From contig NIVC01000535.1 of NCBI GenBank assembly GCA_002269645.1, positions 62,001-126,000 of the forward strand: DNA of 64,000 nucleotides, read 5' to 3'. A program made the position numbers and the translations under genes. A model generated the notes under the pieces. It ran no database searches, was not told the origin of the DNA, and worked only from the letters and a program-made list of their open reading frames with translations. The DNA is from Macrostomum lignano. Taxonomy: Eukaryota. This document shows positions 11,343 to 24,430 of the stretch, piece after piece. Numbering within the stretch: position 1 is the first letter of the stretch; each line of letters starts with the position of its first letter.

Positions 11343-14300
11343 TTTGCTTTTTTATTACATAATAAATCTCTAGCTGTGCTAATGACTGGGTTAACTTTCT
11401 GTTGAAAAAAAATAATTAAAATGCGCAACACACTACTGGGGGTTGTGCGATTCAGGCATGAACTAATTGTCGTCTATCGTAGTTTACGAGTAATCCTTCC
11501 CAGCTTATTCCTGCCTAGTTGTCTCCAGACTCTCTCAGCTATTCGAATGTCCCAAGTTTTGTGCATGTATCGTTTTTTCTATGCTATAATTATATAGTCA
11601 TGACGCTATCCGGTACTAACTCTAATAACTTAAAGAGTACACCCTCGCATAGGCAAAATCGGCTTGGTTCCAATTATCAATAAACGGGTTATATGTATCG
11701 CTTGAGTTTCGAGTGGATTTGGCAAAAAAGCGCAAGTGTAAAACCGATCAATATTTCTTCTTTTGCAATATGCAAAATATTTTGATCGTGGCCGTAAATT
11801 ATTGCCTTGCTTTTTTATTTCAAGAATTTAACCATCTAAATTTATTCTCTATCATTTTTATTAGAATTCAGGATATGCAGCTAGCAGGAGGAGTGTCAAG
11901 GATTTTATGGTAGGGGGCGACACTAAGAACTCTAAACGAAAAATTCCTATATAGTATTTTGAGAATCGGTGTTAGCGTGTTGGTGACTGATTTTTGCGCC
12001 GCAGGTACTTTCAATTTGGCACCCTGAAGCAAATTCTTGATTTCCATAATGGATCACAATTTCGGTTGGGGAGAACAGTATGTAATTGATAATATCAGTT
12101 TTTACATACTCTGAGAGAATATCTTTTTTAATCGTAAAAAATCGATTTTTTCATATGTATTATTTTAGTGTGGTTGAGTAAGTTTAAAGAATTCGATAGA
12201 ATGGGCTACTTATATACATGTGAAATTAATTGTTTGACTCAACTGCGTGCGTGGGTACCAGTCACTTCATTGTTTTTTACGCATATTTACAATGTGCATT
12301 TAATGTATAGCATAAAAATTTCGGACACAAAGCGAAAAATTTTTAGATAAAACTACATACGGCCATTATACATGAAGTACCATGATCTTACTGGTGACTA
12401 CTTAAGTCGTTCTTGATTACGGATGAGACCTAAGATTTTAGGTGTTTTCTTTAAATTATTTTTCAATTTTTTAAATCTTAAGAATAATTAGTATTTCAAT
12501 AAAAAAGCTTTTTTACTTACGGAATAAATCGTCGGATGGGTAAACTGTTCCGTGTATCCTAACTTCAGTGGTCCTTGCATCAGTCCGAAATGATAGAGGC
12601 CACAATTTTGTAGTGTGGTGCTTGTGTCGCGATACCCTTGATTATGAATTTTATATTAGTAGTCTCAATTGTATTAGGCATGTACAGTAATTGGATGCAA
12701 AGCATTACAAAAAGCTTGCCCTTTTGTTTTTTTATTGCGAATTTTAAACCCGATAAACAAAAAAACCTTAAGCTTTTAGAAATAAAGATCGCCAATAAAA
12801 AGAAACTAACAGCAATGACTTTGTATAAAAAAATAATGAAAATTGTTTTTCCCGGCTTTCCATTCTTATTTCTCAAAAATCTAAGAGCGGTTTTTCGTAC
12901 TTAGAGAAATGTCAATTTTTTAAGATGCTTGATCAGCTGATTTCTTAACCTTTTCGCGCCGGAGCTAGAAATACAAAAGCTCCGTTCCTGCCGACATGGT
13001 CAGCTGGGCTGACCTTAGACTATAGCTAGAATCTAATTGTGCCCCTGTGGCCCTGTGCAAAGCCTTTCTAGCCGAGAAGGGAGCATTTTGTACTCGGCTT
13101 GGACAAATCTAGTCCAAGACCTTTTAAACTTTGTCCGACTCGGAATATTCCGACCATTATTCCGACCTGTAATGCCGCTAATGTGGTTTAATTACCAGTC
13201 GGAATAATGGTCAGAATATTCCGACTCTGATTCCGACTGATAATTTAATTCGTTGCAAGAGTCTAAATATCATCCCGACTCTTATTCCAACTGATCATTA
13301 AATACAAGCAATTGAGTCAGAATTTATCAATTCTATATTTAGAAAACTTGGAACTTTATGTTTATTCAGTGTTTATTTAGTTTAGCTCTAAGTAAAAATA
13401 CATATTAGGCCTAGTTAATATTTAAAACTTTTTTTGACAAATTTTTTATCTTTACTTTTTAGCAGTTTAGACCCTGTTTAGCAGTTGCTACTATATAGGA
13501 AACAACTTTAATATTCTATATTATGTTTACATTATTTACTTTGTTTACTATACCTACTATAATATAAGATAAAAAATTAAAGACATTGGCTATAGTAAAA
13601 ATAAGGGTCAGATATGATGATCACAATTGTGATTACAATTTGTGAATTCATGACCATTTTTTTACAATTGTGATTTCCTTGAAACCCATTTATGAGGTAT
13701 GTGAATTTCTGCTTAGGCCTACTTTTTATTTAAATTATAACTTTTTATTTGATTTACTGAAATAAAAAGGTAAACACAAATGTATAAAACAGTAATAGGG
13801 CCCCTAAATTTTACATTTGTTGACTTGACAGCATTATCAAGTAGAGGCCTATCTATGAGTATTATCTAATATAAAATGATTTTTTTCTTGTTTTGTTATT
13901 TTTAAGGCCTATTTTCTACACATTTAACTTACAAGCTTGTAAAACATGTATGCATAATAAATAAAAGAGAAAGAAAAGACTATTGACAATTTAATATCAT
14001 CTTTTATAATAGCAATTATAACATAGTGTCCATTTTGGCATGAATTTGGCAGGAATATAGGTCTAATTCAGATTTTGTATAAATATATAAATATAAATTC
14101 ACAATCAATCATGCCTAACTTTAAAAAATTTAAAAAAATTCATGCCTAACCAAAATTTTCTGCTTGTCAAACCTCTGATAAAAATAAGAGAAATATATAT
14201 TCTTGTGTTGTCCCTTTGACCCTTCATAGATCTTAAGTCTTAAGCTTGCCTTTTATGATTAGGCCCTATGAATATTATTGCAAATGTTTTTATTAATATT

Positions 14301-15007
14301 TATTATTAGTAATTAAATTTAAAGTTATATTATATTAGATATAAACTAGGATGAAAATTTTATACAAAATCCTAAATGCAAAAAACTTACACATTTTGTA
14401 TGCCCATTATTAGCAAATTCCTGCAGTTGCATACACTTTTTATAAAAAAATCATTTGTAAAAAGAAAGCTGGAAATTAGGATGAATTATTTGAAAAGGGT
14501 TGTATTCCACTTGTGATATATAAAAACTATTTTTGCATATAAGAGGCAATTGGCTTCGCAAAAAGGTCCTTATGAGCATATAAACCAAAAAGTAACAGTA
14601 ATGATGTTCAAAATTTTATTTATTTTTATAGCATTTATAGATAATAAATAGTCCCTATGCAATTTTATCAAAGACCTAGAATTAAAATAAGTCAATTTTT
14701 ATAAATAGTTTATTAAAACATTTAGCAATGTTTAGTAGACCTAATAGTAATCACTATTATTAAATAATATACTATCCATTTTGATTTTATTGTTTATTTG
14801 AAATCAAATGATTTATATATACAACATTTGGTCTGATTTTGAAAAAAACTACTATTGTAAAGCTTTATATAATCTTGATTGATAATTCTATCTATAATTG
14901 TATATTATCCTCCTGTTTATCATAAAATTTCTATGATATCCTTATATTACTCTATTACCACACATCAAAGTAGCAAAAAATAATGCTCTAGAATAAGTCT
15001 CTAAAAG

Positions 15008-15473
15008 AGTAAGCCTCCCTACTCATCTGCATTCTTGAGAGTAAGCCTCCCTACTCATCTGCACTCTTGAGAGTAAGCCTTCCTACTCAACTGCATTCTT
15101 GAGAGTAAGCCTTCCTACTCAACTGCACTCTTGAGAGTAAGCCTTCCTACTCAACTGCATTCTTGAGAGTAAGCCTTCCTATTCATCTGCACTCTTGAGA
15201 GTAAGCCTTCCTATTCATCTGCACTCTTGAGAGTAAGCCTTCCTATTCATCTGCACTCTTGAGAGTAAGCCTTCCTATTCATCTGCACTCTTGAGAGTAA
15301 GCCTTCCTATTCAACTGCATTCTTGAGAGTAAGCCTCCCTACTCATCTGCATTCTTGAGAGTAAGCCTCCCTACTCATCTGCATTCTTGAGAGTAAGCCT
15401 CCCTACTCAACTGTATTCTTGAGAGTAAGCCTCCCTACTCAACTGCATTCTTGAGAGTAAGCCTCTCTACTCA
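15008..15473. repeat. 32-bp minisatellite just upstream of MEMO1
   Basis: GAGAGTAAGCCTTCCTACTCAACTGCATTCTT, ~14 copies. Confidence 0.95.
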
Positions 15474-15570
15474 ATTCAAGCAGATATAAAAAGAACACAA
15501 ATAGCTGCACACAGATCAGTTTAGCTACACCAAAATACCAAAAACAATCTGTTCATTCGCACTTCAGAGC

Positions 15571-16939
15571 ATGGCATTGCGCAGGGCAACTCACGCAGGC
15601 AGCTGGTACACTGACCGGCCAGACCAGCTGGACCAGCAGCTCACCAGTTGGCTGGCCGCTGCCGGACCCCGCGTCGGCGCCGCTCGGGCCATCGTGTCAC
15701 CCCATGCCGGCTACCAATACTGCGGAGCCGTGGCCGGCTACGCCTACAAGCAGATCGACCCCGGCCCTATCAGCCGGGTCATCCTGCTCGGGCCCAGTCA
15801 TCATTTCTCGTTGCGCGGCTGCGGCTTGTCTACCGCCGCCGAGTTTCAGACGCCTCTGGGCAACCTGCGGGCGGATCAGGCCACCACTGCTGAGCTGCGG
15901 GCTACTGGCCAGTTCGAGATGGTGAGGAAGAGTTGAAGGCCTCTGTTTACTTCTTTACCTATTGAATTGTCCTCAGTTGACCTGGTCTTGACCCAAACTT
16001 ATCCTTAGTTGACCCAGTCTTGACCCAAATTTATCCTCAGTTGGCCTAGTCTTGACCCAGATTTACCCTCAATGTACCTAGTCTTGACCCAAAATTATCC
16101 TCAGTTGGCCTAGTCTTGACCCAAACTTATCCTCAGTTGATTTGGTCTTGACCCAAACTTATCCTTGGTCTTGACCCAAACTTATCCTCAGTTGACCTGG
16201 TCTTGACCCAACTTATCCTCAGTTGACCTGGTCTTGATCCAAATTTATCCTTAGTTGACCTGGTCTCGAAGTTGTCGCCAATTGACCTGTGGTTAGCCCT
16301 GTTTATCCTGCTCAAATCTGTACTCAACCGACCCTACTAAAACTGCCATGTTCACTTAGTTCTCGTAACTTGACCTCGTTTGACCAGATCTGACCTCTGA
16401 CCCCCAAATCTCAGGTGTCGCTAAACCGCGACGAGGCCGAGCACAGCCTGGAGATGCAGCTGCCCTTCCTGCTGGCCGCTATGCGCCCGAAATCGCCTCG
16501 AGACTTTTCGATCGTGCCAATCATGGTCGGCGCCATCGACCCGTCGGTTGAGGCCGCCTACGGCGCCGTGCTGGCCCCCTATCTGAACGACCCGGCCACT
16601 CTATTCGTGGTGTCGTCCGACTTCTGCCACTGGGGCCGGCGATTCGAATACACGCACTACGACAAATCCGCTGGCCGGATCTGGCAGAGCATCGAACGGC
16701 TGGACCGGCAGGGCATGGAGGCCATTGAGACCGGCCGGCCGGACAGGTTCACCCAGTACCTGCAGCAGACTGGCAATACCATTTGCGGCCGCCACCCCAT
16801 TGGCGTCATGATGTGCGCCGCCGCTCGCCACGGCTCCGGTCGATTTCGATTTCTCAATTACGCCCAATCGTCCAAGTGCAACGATTTCTCCGATTCGTCT
16901 GTCAGCTACGCTGCCGGGGGCTTGTTTGTTAACGCCTAG
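15571..16939 (+). CDS. MEMO1: Protein MEMO1, 291 aa; exons 15571-15921, 16415-16939
   Basis: RRATHAGSWY, IVSPHAGYQYCG, LGPSHH, EHSLEMQLPF, SSDFCHWGRRF, NTICGRHPIG, SSVSYA motifs; ATG|gtgagg donor and ctcag|GTG acceptor, phase 0. Confidence 0.96.
15972..16265. repeat. ~32-bp minisatellite in MEMO1 intron
   Basis: CCTGGTCTTGACCCAAACTTATCCTCAGTTGA units. Confidence 0.9.
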
Positions 16940-19504
16940 GGGCTGGCTGACCTTAAATGACCTTTAACAATTACCTTAAATGACATTTGGTAATAGAGAC
17001 GACAGCTGATTTACCTTCAATGACCCTAGATAAACTGAGCGACCTTAAATGACCTTTAGCAGTAGAAACAACCTTAGTGACCTTAAATGACCTTCGGCGA
17101 GTTAAATGAGCTTGACCTTAAAATAACCTTTAACAACCACTTTAAATGACCTTTGGTAATAGACGACAGCTGGTTTACCCCACAGATACTAAAGTAACTA
17201 GGTGGGCCACTCAGGCATATATACTTAGTAAAATAGCTTTCTACTTTCAGCTCAGTAGCAAAGAAGAATACGTAAGCTTCTTACGTATTTTATAAAAATA
17301 AAGGCAGCTGAAATGCCTTTGATAAGTTTAGAAGCCCAAGCTTGCAGGCGTAAACAACTTGCTAATTGGTTCAGCAATAATGTACATTAGCCAGTCCACT
17401 GAAATGTACATAGCAGCCTTAGGCTGAAAGTTCGAGAAGGCAATAAAAATTGGGGCTGGCAGGGGTGGTAGTGTGGAAAGGCGCGTAAGAGCCAATAAAT
17501 TGAACCTTGGCTTTAAAAATACATTAAAATGCCTCTGTTTAACTTACTACTGAACTGAAAGTAGCTTACACGCAAATGTAAGCTACTTTCTATGTAGAAA
17601 GTAGTTCTATGTACTTGCTATGTAGAAATACCTTGCTAAGTGACCTTAAATGACCTTTGGCAGTCGAAACAACCTGTTGTTTAACCTTAAATAACCTTTA
17701 GCGAACTGAGTCACCTTAACTAAATTTGGTAAGGACAGTCAGCTGATTGGCCTTGAAAACTTAAAGTTAACAAAAGTTTGTTAAAATGACCCTTCTTGAC
17801 AAACTAATCCATCTTAATCTTTGGTGTTACAAAGAACCTGTTGGTTGACCTTGAATGACTTAAATGGCTTGATCGGTAATACTGATAATCTAGCTGTGCT
17901 ACTTTTATCAGTAGAGCAGGTAGATAAAGTTTGTTGAAAGTGTCTAAATACCATGCACCTGACTATTCAATTTAATCGTCGTTTTCGATTTTAATTATCT
18001 GCTTTTGCACAGTGTGTTTCTATTTATCGGAGCATGAGCTCAATTTATTTACCGTTGCACTGGTAGAATTCAGCCTAATAACTGCCTAACATAAGTAGTG
18101 CTACTTTTATCAGTAGTCAGTAACACGATGATATTGATGCTACTTACTGTTTTATATTGATGCCTTTATACCCGACTGTGTGTTTTTCTAGCACTGAGTA
18201 GCATCACCGCAGTTGCAATCTGATCCGAGTCAAGTAATAAAACCCCAAGAGCAGTGTTGAGCTTTCAGTGGAAAATATCTTTCAATATTAACTGCTTGTT
18301 CGTGATTTATTATTATTGTTGTCTGCTAAATAACAGTATGGTTTGCTCTGAGTTGTTGTCAGTCTTTAAATAAACATTTATTAGGTAATTAAATTTGCGT
18401 TTCTATGACTAATCTTTCCATAAAACTGTTTTGAATGATTTTTTGTTGTTTTTTAACGTTAATTTATAAGTACTGGCAGTTCGCCACTCGCTACTTAAAG
18501 TAGCCAATTGTAGTGCACGCGTAAATTTAAAACTAGACGCCGCGCTTGAACAATATAATTATTACTAAGCTTATCTTATCTTATCAATTACCGATAGGTT
18601 TTGCTTGTTTACGACCTTCAATACGCTCAGCTCAGTAATGCTGTGTGTTACTCTTTTACTGGATTGGTAGGCTTCCTCATTTAACACCAAATTCTCTCAA
18701 TATCTCACCTTCTAGACTTTTGAGAAGGCTCCGTAAGACTGCTAGACTAGAATCCAATGCTTCTAGTATATCCGGAAAAGTTTCTTTTATAACATTTTTT
18801 CTGGACAAATTTGTTCTTGACAGTGTTTGTCTGTGGTGAAGCCTCATTAAACTTAACTTTATTAGACTTTCCTAGCGAGCTCTTTGTTTCATTTACGTGA
18901 ATAATTTTTCTTTGTGTGTGTCTTTACAGCTTTGTTGTCCATGTAGTTCTGTAACCATTTAATGACCGATAATTTTTTTTATTAATATCCGCAAAGTGCA
19001 ATTTTTGTCGAATAATATTCAGGATTACAATAAAAACAGTGACGTCATGCATAGGCCCGAATGCAAAGTGAATGCGAAATTCTCTTGTTTATATATTTGT
19101 TATCAGGTGAAAATACATAGTAAAGCCATCATTGCTGTATCCGTGTGTTTCTCAACTATTCAATTTAGTTTATAATTGTCATTAAATTTGTTAGTCGTTT
19201 TTTTCGGATTATTTCTTTAAAATCTGACTGAAAACACCTGATCACTAAGTGCTTTTAGATGCTATTTACCAAGCAATTGCGTCATCATTTAAGGCCTCCA
19301 GTTCATTCATTTCATCAAGTCTCTATCTTGTTGAAGGTCCTTAAAGTGCCAAAGCTACTTGAGACTGATAATAAGCAAGAAATTTATGCGTCATAGTTGC
19401 TGCAGGTTTTAATCAAAGTTTGATATTTTTGTATCTCAAACAGATTGCTTGATCTTCCGACCCAGAAAAGACTCGGAATAAACTTTTTATGCAAAAATTC
19501 TGTC

Positions 19505-19717
19505 CTTGCCGGACTTGCCGGACCAAATTGTCTGCAATCGGTAACTTGCCGGACCGAATTGTCTGCAATCGCGGTAACTTGCCAAACCAAATTGTCTGCA
19601 ATCGCGGTAACTTGCCGGACCAAATTGTCTGCAATCGCGGTAACCTGCCGGACCAAATTGTCTGCAATCGCGGTAACTTGCCGGACCAAATTGTCTGCAG
19701 TCGGTAACTTGCCGGAC
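19505..19717. repeat. 33-bp minisatellite
   Basis: GGTAACTTGCCGGACCAAATTGTCTGCAATCGC, ~6 copies. Confidence 0.9.
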
Positions 19718-20606
19718 CAGTCGACTAGACATAGTCAGATGTTGGGTACCTCCCATGTCCATGACGAGGGTCTCTAATAAAACCTAAGGTTCGTTCAGGA
19801 TTTCTCGATTAGGATCGCATGGATCGCGCAGGCCTTTTCCTGTTTGTTTGTCTTTCGTCATGATCGGATGATAATATACTGATGACGCCAGTCTCAGTCT
19901 GACATTCAATGATCTGCAGCTTGGCCATTGCTCTTTGGAAGCGTCCCGACCATTTCATAATCATGGACAATGAAGTAAAAGGACGTCGGCGCTTTTATTC
20001 GACTGATCCGGCAACAAGATACCGATTTCAGACGTGATGTAGTGCAGATTGACAGCTTATTCAAAGAGTATAGGTACCTTTTAGAAAGATGTAACATCCG
20101 AAGCGTAGGTTTACTGTATTTCGACATGTTTTAACCTTAACCTATCTTAATTAGGTTGAACGTAGAAGATGAAAGGCTCTTATATCTTTGTTGCCTGTAC
20201 TTTTGTGAGCGGACCCTTGGAGAACCGGAAATCCGGTCAACTTCTCTTTGTCAAAAATAATTGAAAACCTCATTTTGCCTGCTGAGCCCTGCAGCTCTGT
20301 CTGCTTGTGCCCGAGTGTGTAAAAATGAGAAAATGGATGGAAATCGTTACTATATGAAGTCATATAGCTTGATTAATAACACTCAGCGCTAAGAGATCGT
20401 GCACGTTGCAGTGTGTGAGCTGATTTTTCAAAGTACGAAGTATATTTATATATTTCGCAGCCGTTCACGATTCATGCTCAGTAACTTTCAAAAGCCCCTT
20501 CGAGTCCCGCGCTTCTCTCGCCACTGCAACAGGATTTATAGATTTGGAAAGCTTGGGAATCGAGTCTATTTTAGGGGCGAGTCAAAGAGTCGAACTCGGG
20601 ATCTTC

Positions 20607-20996
20607 TCAGGCCAGGCCGCCGCCGACTGACGGGCGGGGAAGCCGCGTTCGCTTGCAGTCGGCCATCATGAACTGGTAGTCAATGCAGCACCTGTTGAAG
20701 GTCGGCCGGTGGAACAGTTGGGCCGACGAGCGGTCCCGCTTCCAGGAGCACAGCAGGCAGTTGGTGTACTCCTGGGTGCTCTCGCAGTAGCCCTCGATCG
20801 CCAGGTCCTCGGCGTCGACGAAGTCCACGGCGTTCGTAGCCGAGACAGCGGGCGTCCGCGCCAGCGCCAGAAGCAGCGCGCAAAGGCAACAGTTGGCAAA
20901 CAGAAAAGTGTTCTGCAAGAGTTTGTTCACCGATTTACTTGGTGAGATGAAAGGCCGAAACATTACAAAGATACTGCAAAGTCCGTGACTTACCAT
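20607..20996 (-). CDS. small secreted six-cysteine peptide precursor, 102 aa; exons 20996-20994 (ATG only), 20912-20607
   Basis: ATG|gtaagt donor and ttgcag|AAC acceptor give M-NTFLFANCCLCALLLALARTPAVSA (signal peptide), acidic spacer, then C-x8-C-x2-C-x19-CC-x9-C followed by KR; GC-rich codon-like composition. Confidence 0.75.
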   Translation of the reverse strand: MVSHGLCSIFVMFRPFISPSKSVNKLLQNTFLFANCCLCALLLALARTPAVSATNAVDFVDAEDLAIEGYCESTQEYTNCLLCSWKRDRSSAQLFHRPTFNRCCIDYQFMMADCKRTRLPRPSVGGGLA

Positions 20997-23225
20997 CGCT
21001 GCAGCTCGGACTCGCTGTTGATATTTGATTTTTTCGGAATTATTTTTTCTCTACAACGCGCAACGGAAACTGCCTTGTCGAAGCGGCCCGATTTCGCCCT
21101 TTTTATGCCTTTTTTTACGGGGCCGAGCCGGAGTTGGCGTCTTCGCAATGGCTCGCGTTTTTCAAGCACTGCTCGGACAGCTTCTGATTGGCTGGCCACG
21201 CAATCTGCTAGTTTAGAGCTGTGCTTGCAACAAGTCTAGATGTGCAGTTGAAAGGATGCTAATGTTGAAGTTGCATGTCGCGAGACTCTCTGAGACTCAA
21301 CACCTTGAAAAGACGTAATACCTACAAAACATAATAAAAAGCAAAATGCTTGAAAGTTCAGAAGGTTAAATAGTCGAACGCATTGCCGCTCGGCCATCTG
21401 AGCTAACTAATTTATGTCAGCTGCATGCCAAGAGTACTGAACTAACCTAATAAGCTTTTGTATTCTACATCAGTAGATGGAAACTAGACTTTTTGTTATA
21501 AATTTTCCAAGAAACGAATGGCTCTTGAACTTATTGTTGGCACATTGAAATCATGCGGCAAAATCTGAAAGGTCAGGTTTGAAAGCTATACAAGCCGTAC
21601 AAGTATCACGCCTGTCTACTTGGTGAATGAGCCTCCGCCAATATCCTTGAACGATAGACTAGCAGTCCAATTCTAATTAGTCATTTCGTCTTGAATTAAT
21701 TGCACAAAGACAGAAGCAGTTCCCTCGGCAACTATGTAGGCGTAGGCATGGAAGACTGACTGAAGAGCTGCACCATCGACCAAAACGTAAATTGGGCATC
21801 GTCTGGCCGACCGGAAGTGCTAACCGGAATTGTGACGTACTTGAACATCGGACACCTGCTTTCAAGTAGCCCAACCCTTGTTGTTGAGAAAACTATCAGA
21901 AAATTTGTCTCATACCCAAATTCCATAACTGCCTAATTCAACAAAGAATGCAGATTATTCTTAATTGAAAGCAGCTTTATTTTTAGGTGTTTTTTTCTCA
22001 GAAAATATGCAATGTTCGGGAGGACACAGGCAGGGTTACCCGCCTACAGACTGCTCTGCGGTGATTAAAGACTCCTGCTGTCATTCGGTAACCTAGCCTG
22101 TAATTATCACCTGCAATAACAGTTATCATAATTATCACAAATGGAAAGCTGAAACGCTCAAAATACAGCTGCGTTTTCTAAAAAAAAATGTTTTGCATAG
22201 ATTTGCCTTTTTGGATAGCGCTGACTGGGGTTTCGTCATCGACAAACTCAGTGGAAAAAGCTCCACGACAAAGCAATGGATTGAAGAGACGGTTTTCCGC
22301 GGTTTCCAGAAGCATTTCGTGGAAACACAGACTTGCTTTATTAGTAATTCTGTTGATCATATGACAGATGTTATGAATTTACGCGTCCTTCTAGTTTAGT
22401 TGACATCAGGGTTAATTATCTTCTAGTTTTCGGTTCTATGTTGCCGGGGGGCATACGTTCATAATACTGCTAATGAGTCCTACACGTAATCTTCAAGTTC
22501 ACAATTTGCAATTGTGTGCCACGGAAAACAGGAAAATACTCAATCAACGACTGTCGTGACATCCGATTTTCTGATTCGCCTGTTTTAAATCAAGCATATT
22601 TTCAGCCAGCGAATTATGCTCGTATTTGTTTCGAATATTTTATTCTAATTTTAACAATATTTCATACCAAATTGCATATTTTTATCAGAAATTCGGGGCA
22701 ATATGAGAGGCAAAATGAGAGAGGCATGAAAATGATTTCTTCGAATATTACACGACTTGCAGGCTTTTATGAGTAGTTTGAATATTGTTATTATTATTTT
22801 TCCTCTTATTATTGTTATTAAATGCACACGCCACGAGGGTGCTGATATTTTATTATATTATTAAGGCAAACAAATTAATACAGCGCAAGAAAAAAAGAAA
22901 AAGTAAATTAATAAAAATGGTTTTCGACGAACGGTAGTCAAAATATAATCTCGTACGCAAACAGAGAATTCGAGAATCGACTGACCTTATTTTTTCGGTA
23001 CTCGAGGCAAGTTTCAGTTGAAGAGCCCCTTGTTCCATCCAGCCAGAGAAATTACGAGTACTGAGATCCTGGCCCAACGCCTTCGCCGACATGGTCTTAC
23101 AACCAGCGCTGAGGCAATTTTGGCCATTCCGCTGGCTCCTGAGCACATGCAAGCGTGCCAATACTGTACGCTGGCACAGCACTCACACAGGCTGTACAGC
23201 GGCACTGACTTTATAATCGTCAGGC

Positions 23226-24127
23226 ATGTACACTCTCTGCCCCTCTCAATGTACATTGCCTATCCAGAGCATGCCCACTCACTGCCTCTCTCAATGTACA
23301 TTGCCTTATCCAGAGCATGCCCACTCACTGCCCCTCTCAATGTACATTGCCTATCCAGAGCATGCCCACTCTCTGCCCCTCTCAATGTACATTGCCTATC
23401 CAGAGCATGCCCACTCTCTGCCCCTGTCAATTTACATTGCCTATCCAGAGCATGCCCACTCTCTGCCCCTCTCAATGTACATTGCCCATCCAGAGCATGC
23501 CCACTCTCTGCCCCTCTAAATGTACATTGCCTTATCCAGAGCATGCCCACTCTCTGCCCCTCTCAATGTACATTGCCTTATCCAGAGCATGCCCACTCTC
23601 TGCCCCTGTCAATGTACATTGCCTTATCCAGAGCATGCCCACTCTCTGCCCCTGTCAATGTACATTGCCTTATCCAGAGCATGCCCACTCTCTGCCCCTG
23701 TCAATGTACATTGCCTTATCCAGAGCATGCCCACTCTCTGCCCCTGTCAATGTACATTGCCTTATCCAGAGCATGCCCACTCTCTGCCCCTGTCAATTTA
23801 CATTGCCTTATCCAGAGCATGCCCACTCTCTGCCCCTGTCAATGTACATTGCCTTATCCAGAGCATGCCCACTCTCTGCCCCTGTCAATGTACATTGCCT
23901 TATCCAGAGCATGCCCACTCTCTGCCCCTGTCAATGTACATTGCCTTATCCAGAGCATGCCCACTCTCTGCCCCTGTCAATTTACATTGCCTTATCCAGA
24001 GCATGCCCACTCTCTGCCCCTGTCAATGTACATTGCCTATCCAGAGCATGCCCACTCTCTGCCCCTGTCAATGTACATTGCCTATCCAGAGCATGCCCAC
24101 TCTCTGCCCCTGTCAATGTACATTGCC
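23226..24127. repeat. 45/46-bp minisatellite
   Basis: CCTGTCAATGTACATTGCCTTATCCAGAGCATGCCCACTCTCTGCC, ~20 copies. Confidence 0.95.
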
Positions 24128-24430
24128 AAGAATGCCCCACCTCCTTTAGTCTTTTTCAGCCCTAAGCCAGGGAACGCTTGCACGAAGCCTGGAACTATGT
24201 GTACGTAATTTCAAACAGAGGGGCGAATAAAATTCTAAGGAGGAGAAACGGCAGGTCAATTAGCTTGATGATGACAATTGCTGCCTAATTTCCTGAGAGC
24301 TGTCACAGTTGAGATAACGCAGAGCTCAATGCTATTATTGAAGAGACTCACGAAAGATACTAAAAATAGCATAACAGAACCATCGATCAGCAAGCGAACT
24401 TTTGCTGCCCTGAATCTGGCTCTGCATTGC

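Noticed and set aside
23018-24208. 396/282/209-aa ORFs
   Set aside because: Translations of the 45/46-bp tandem array
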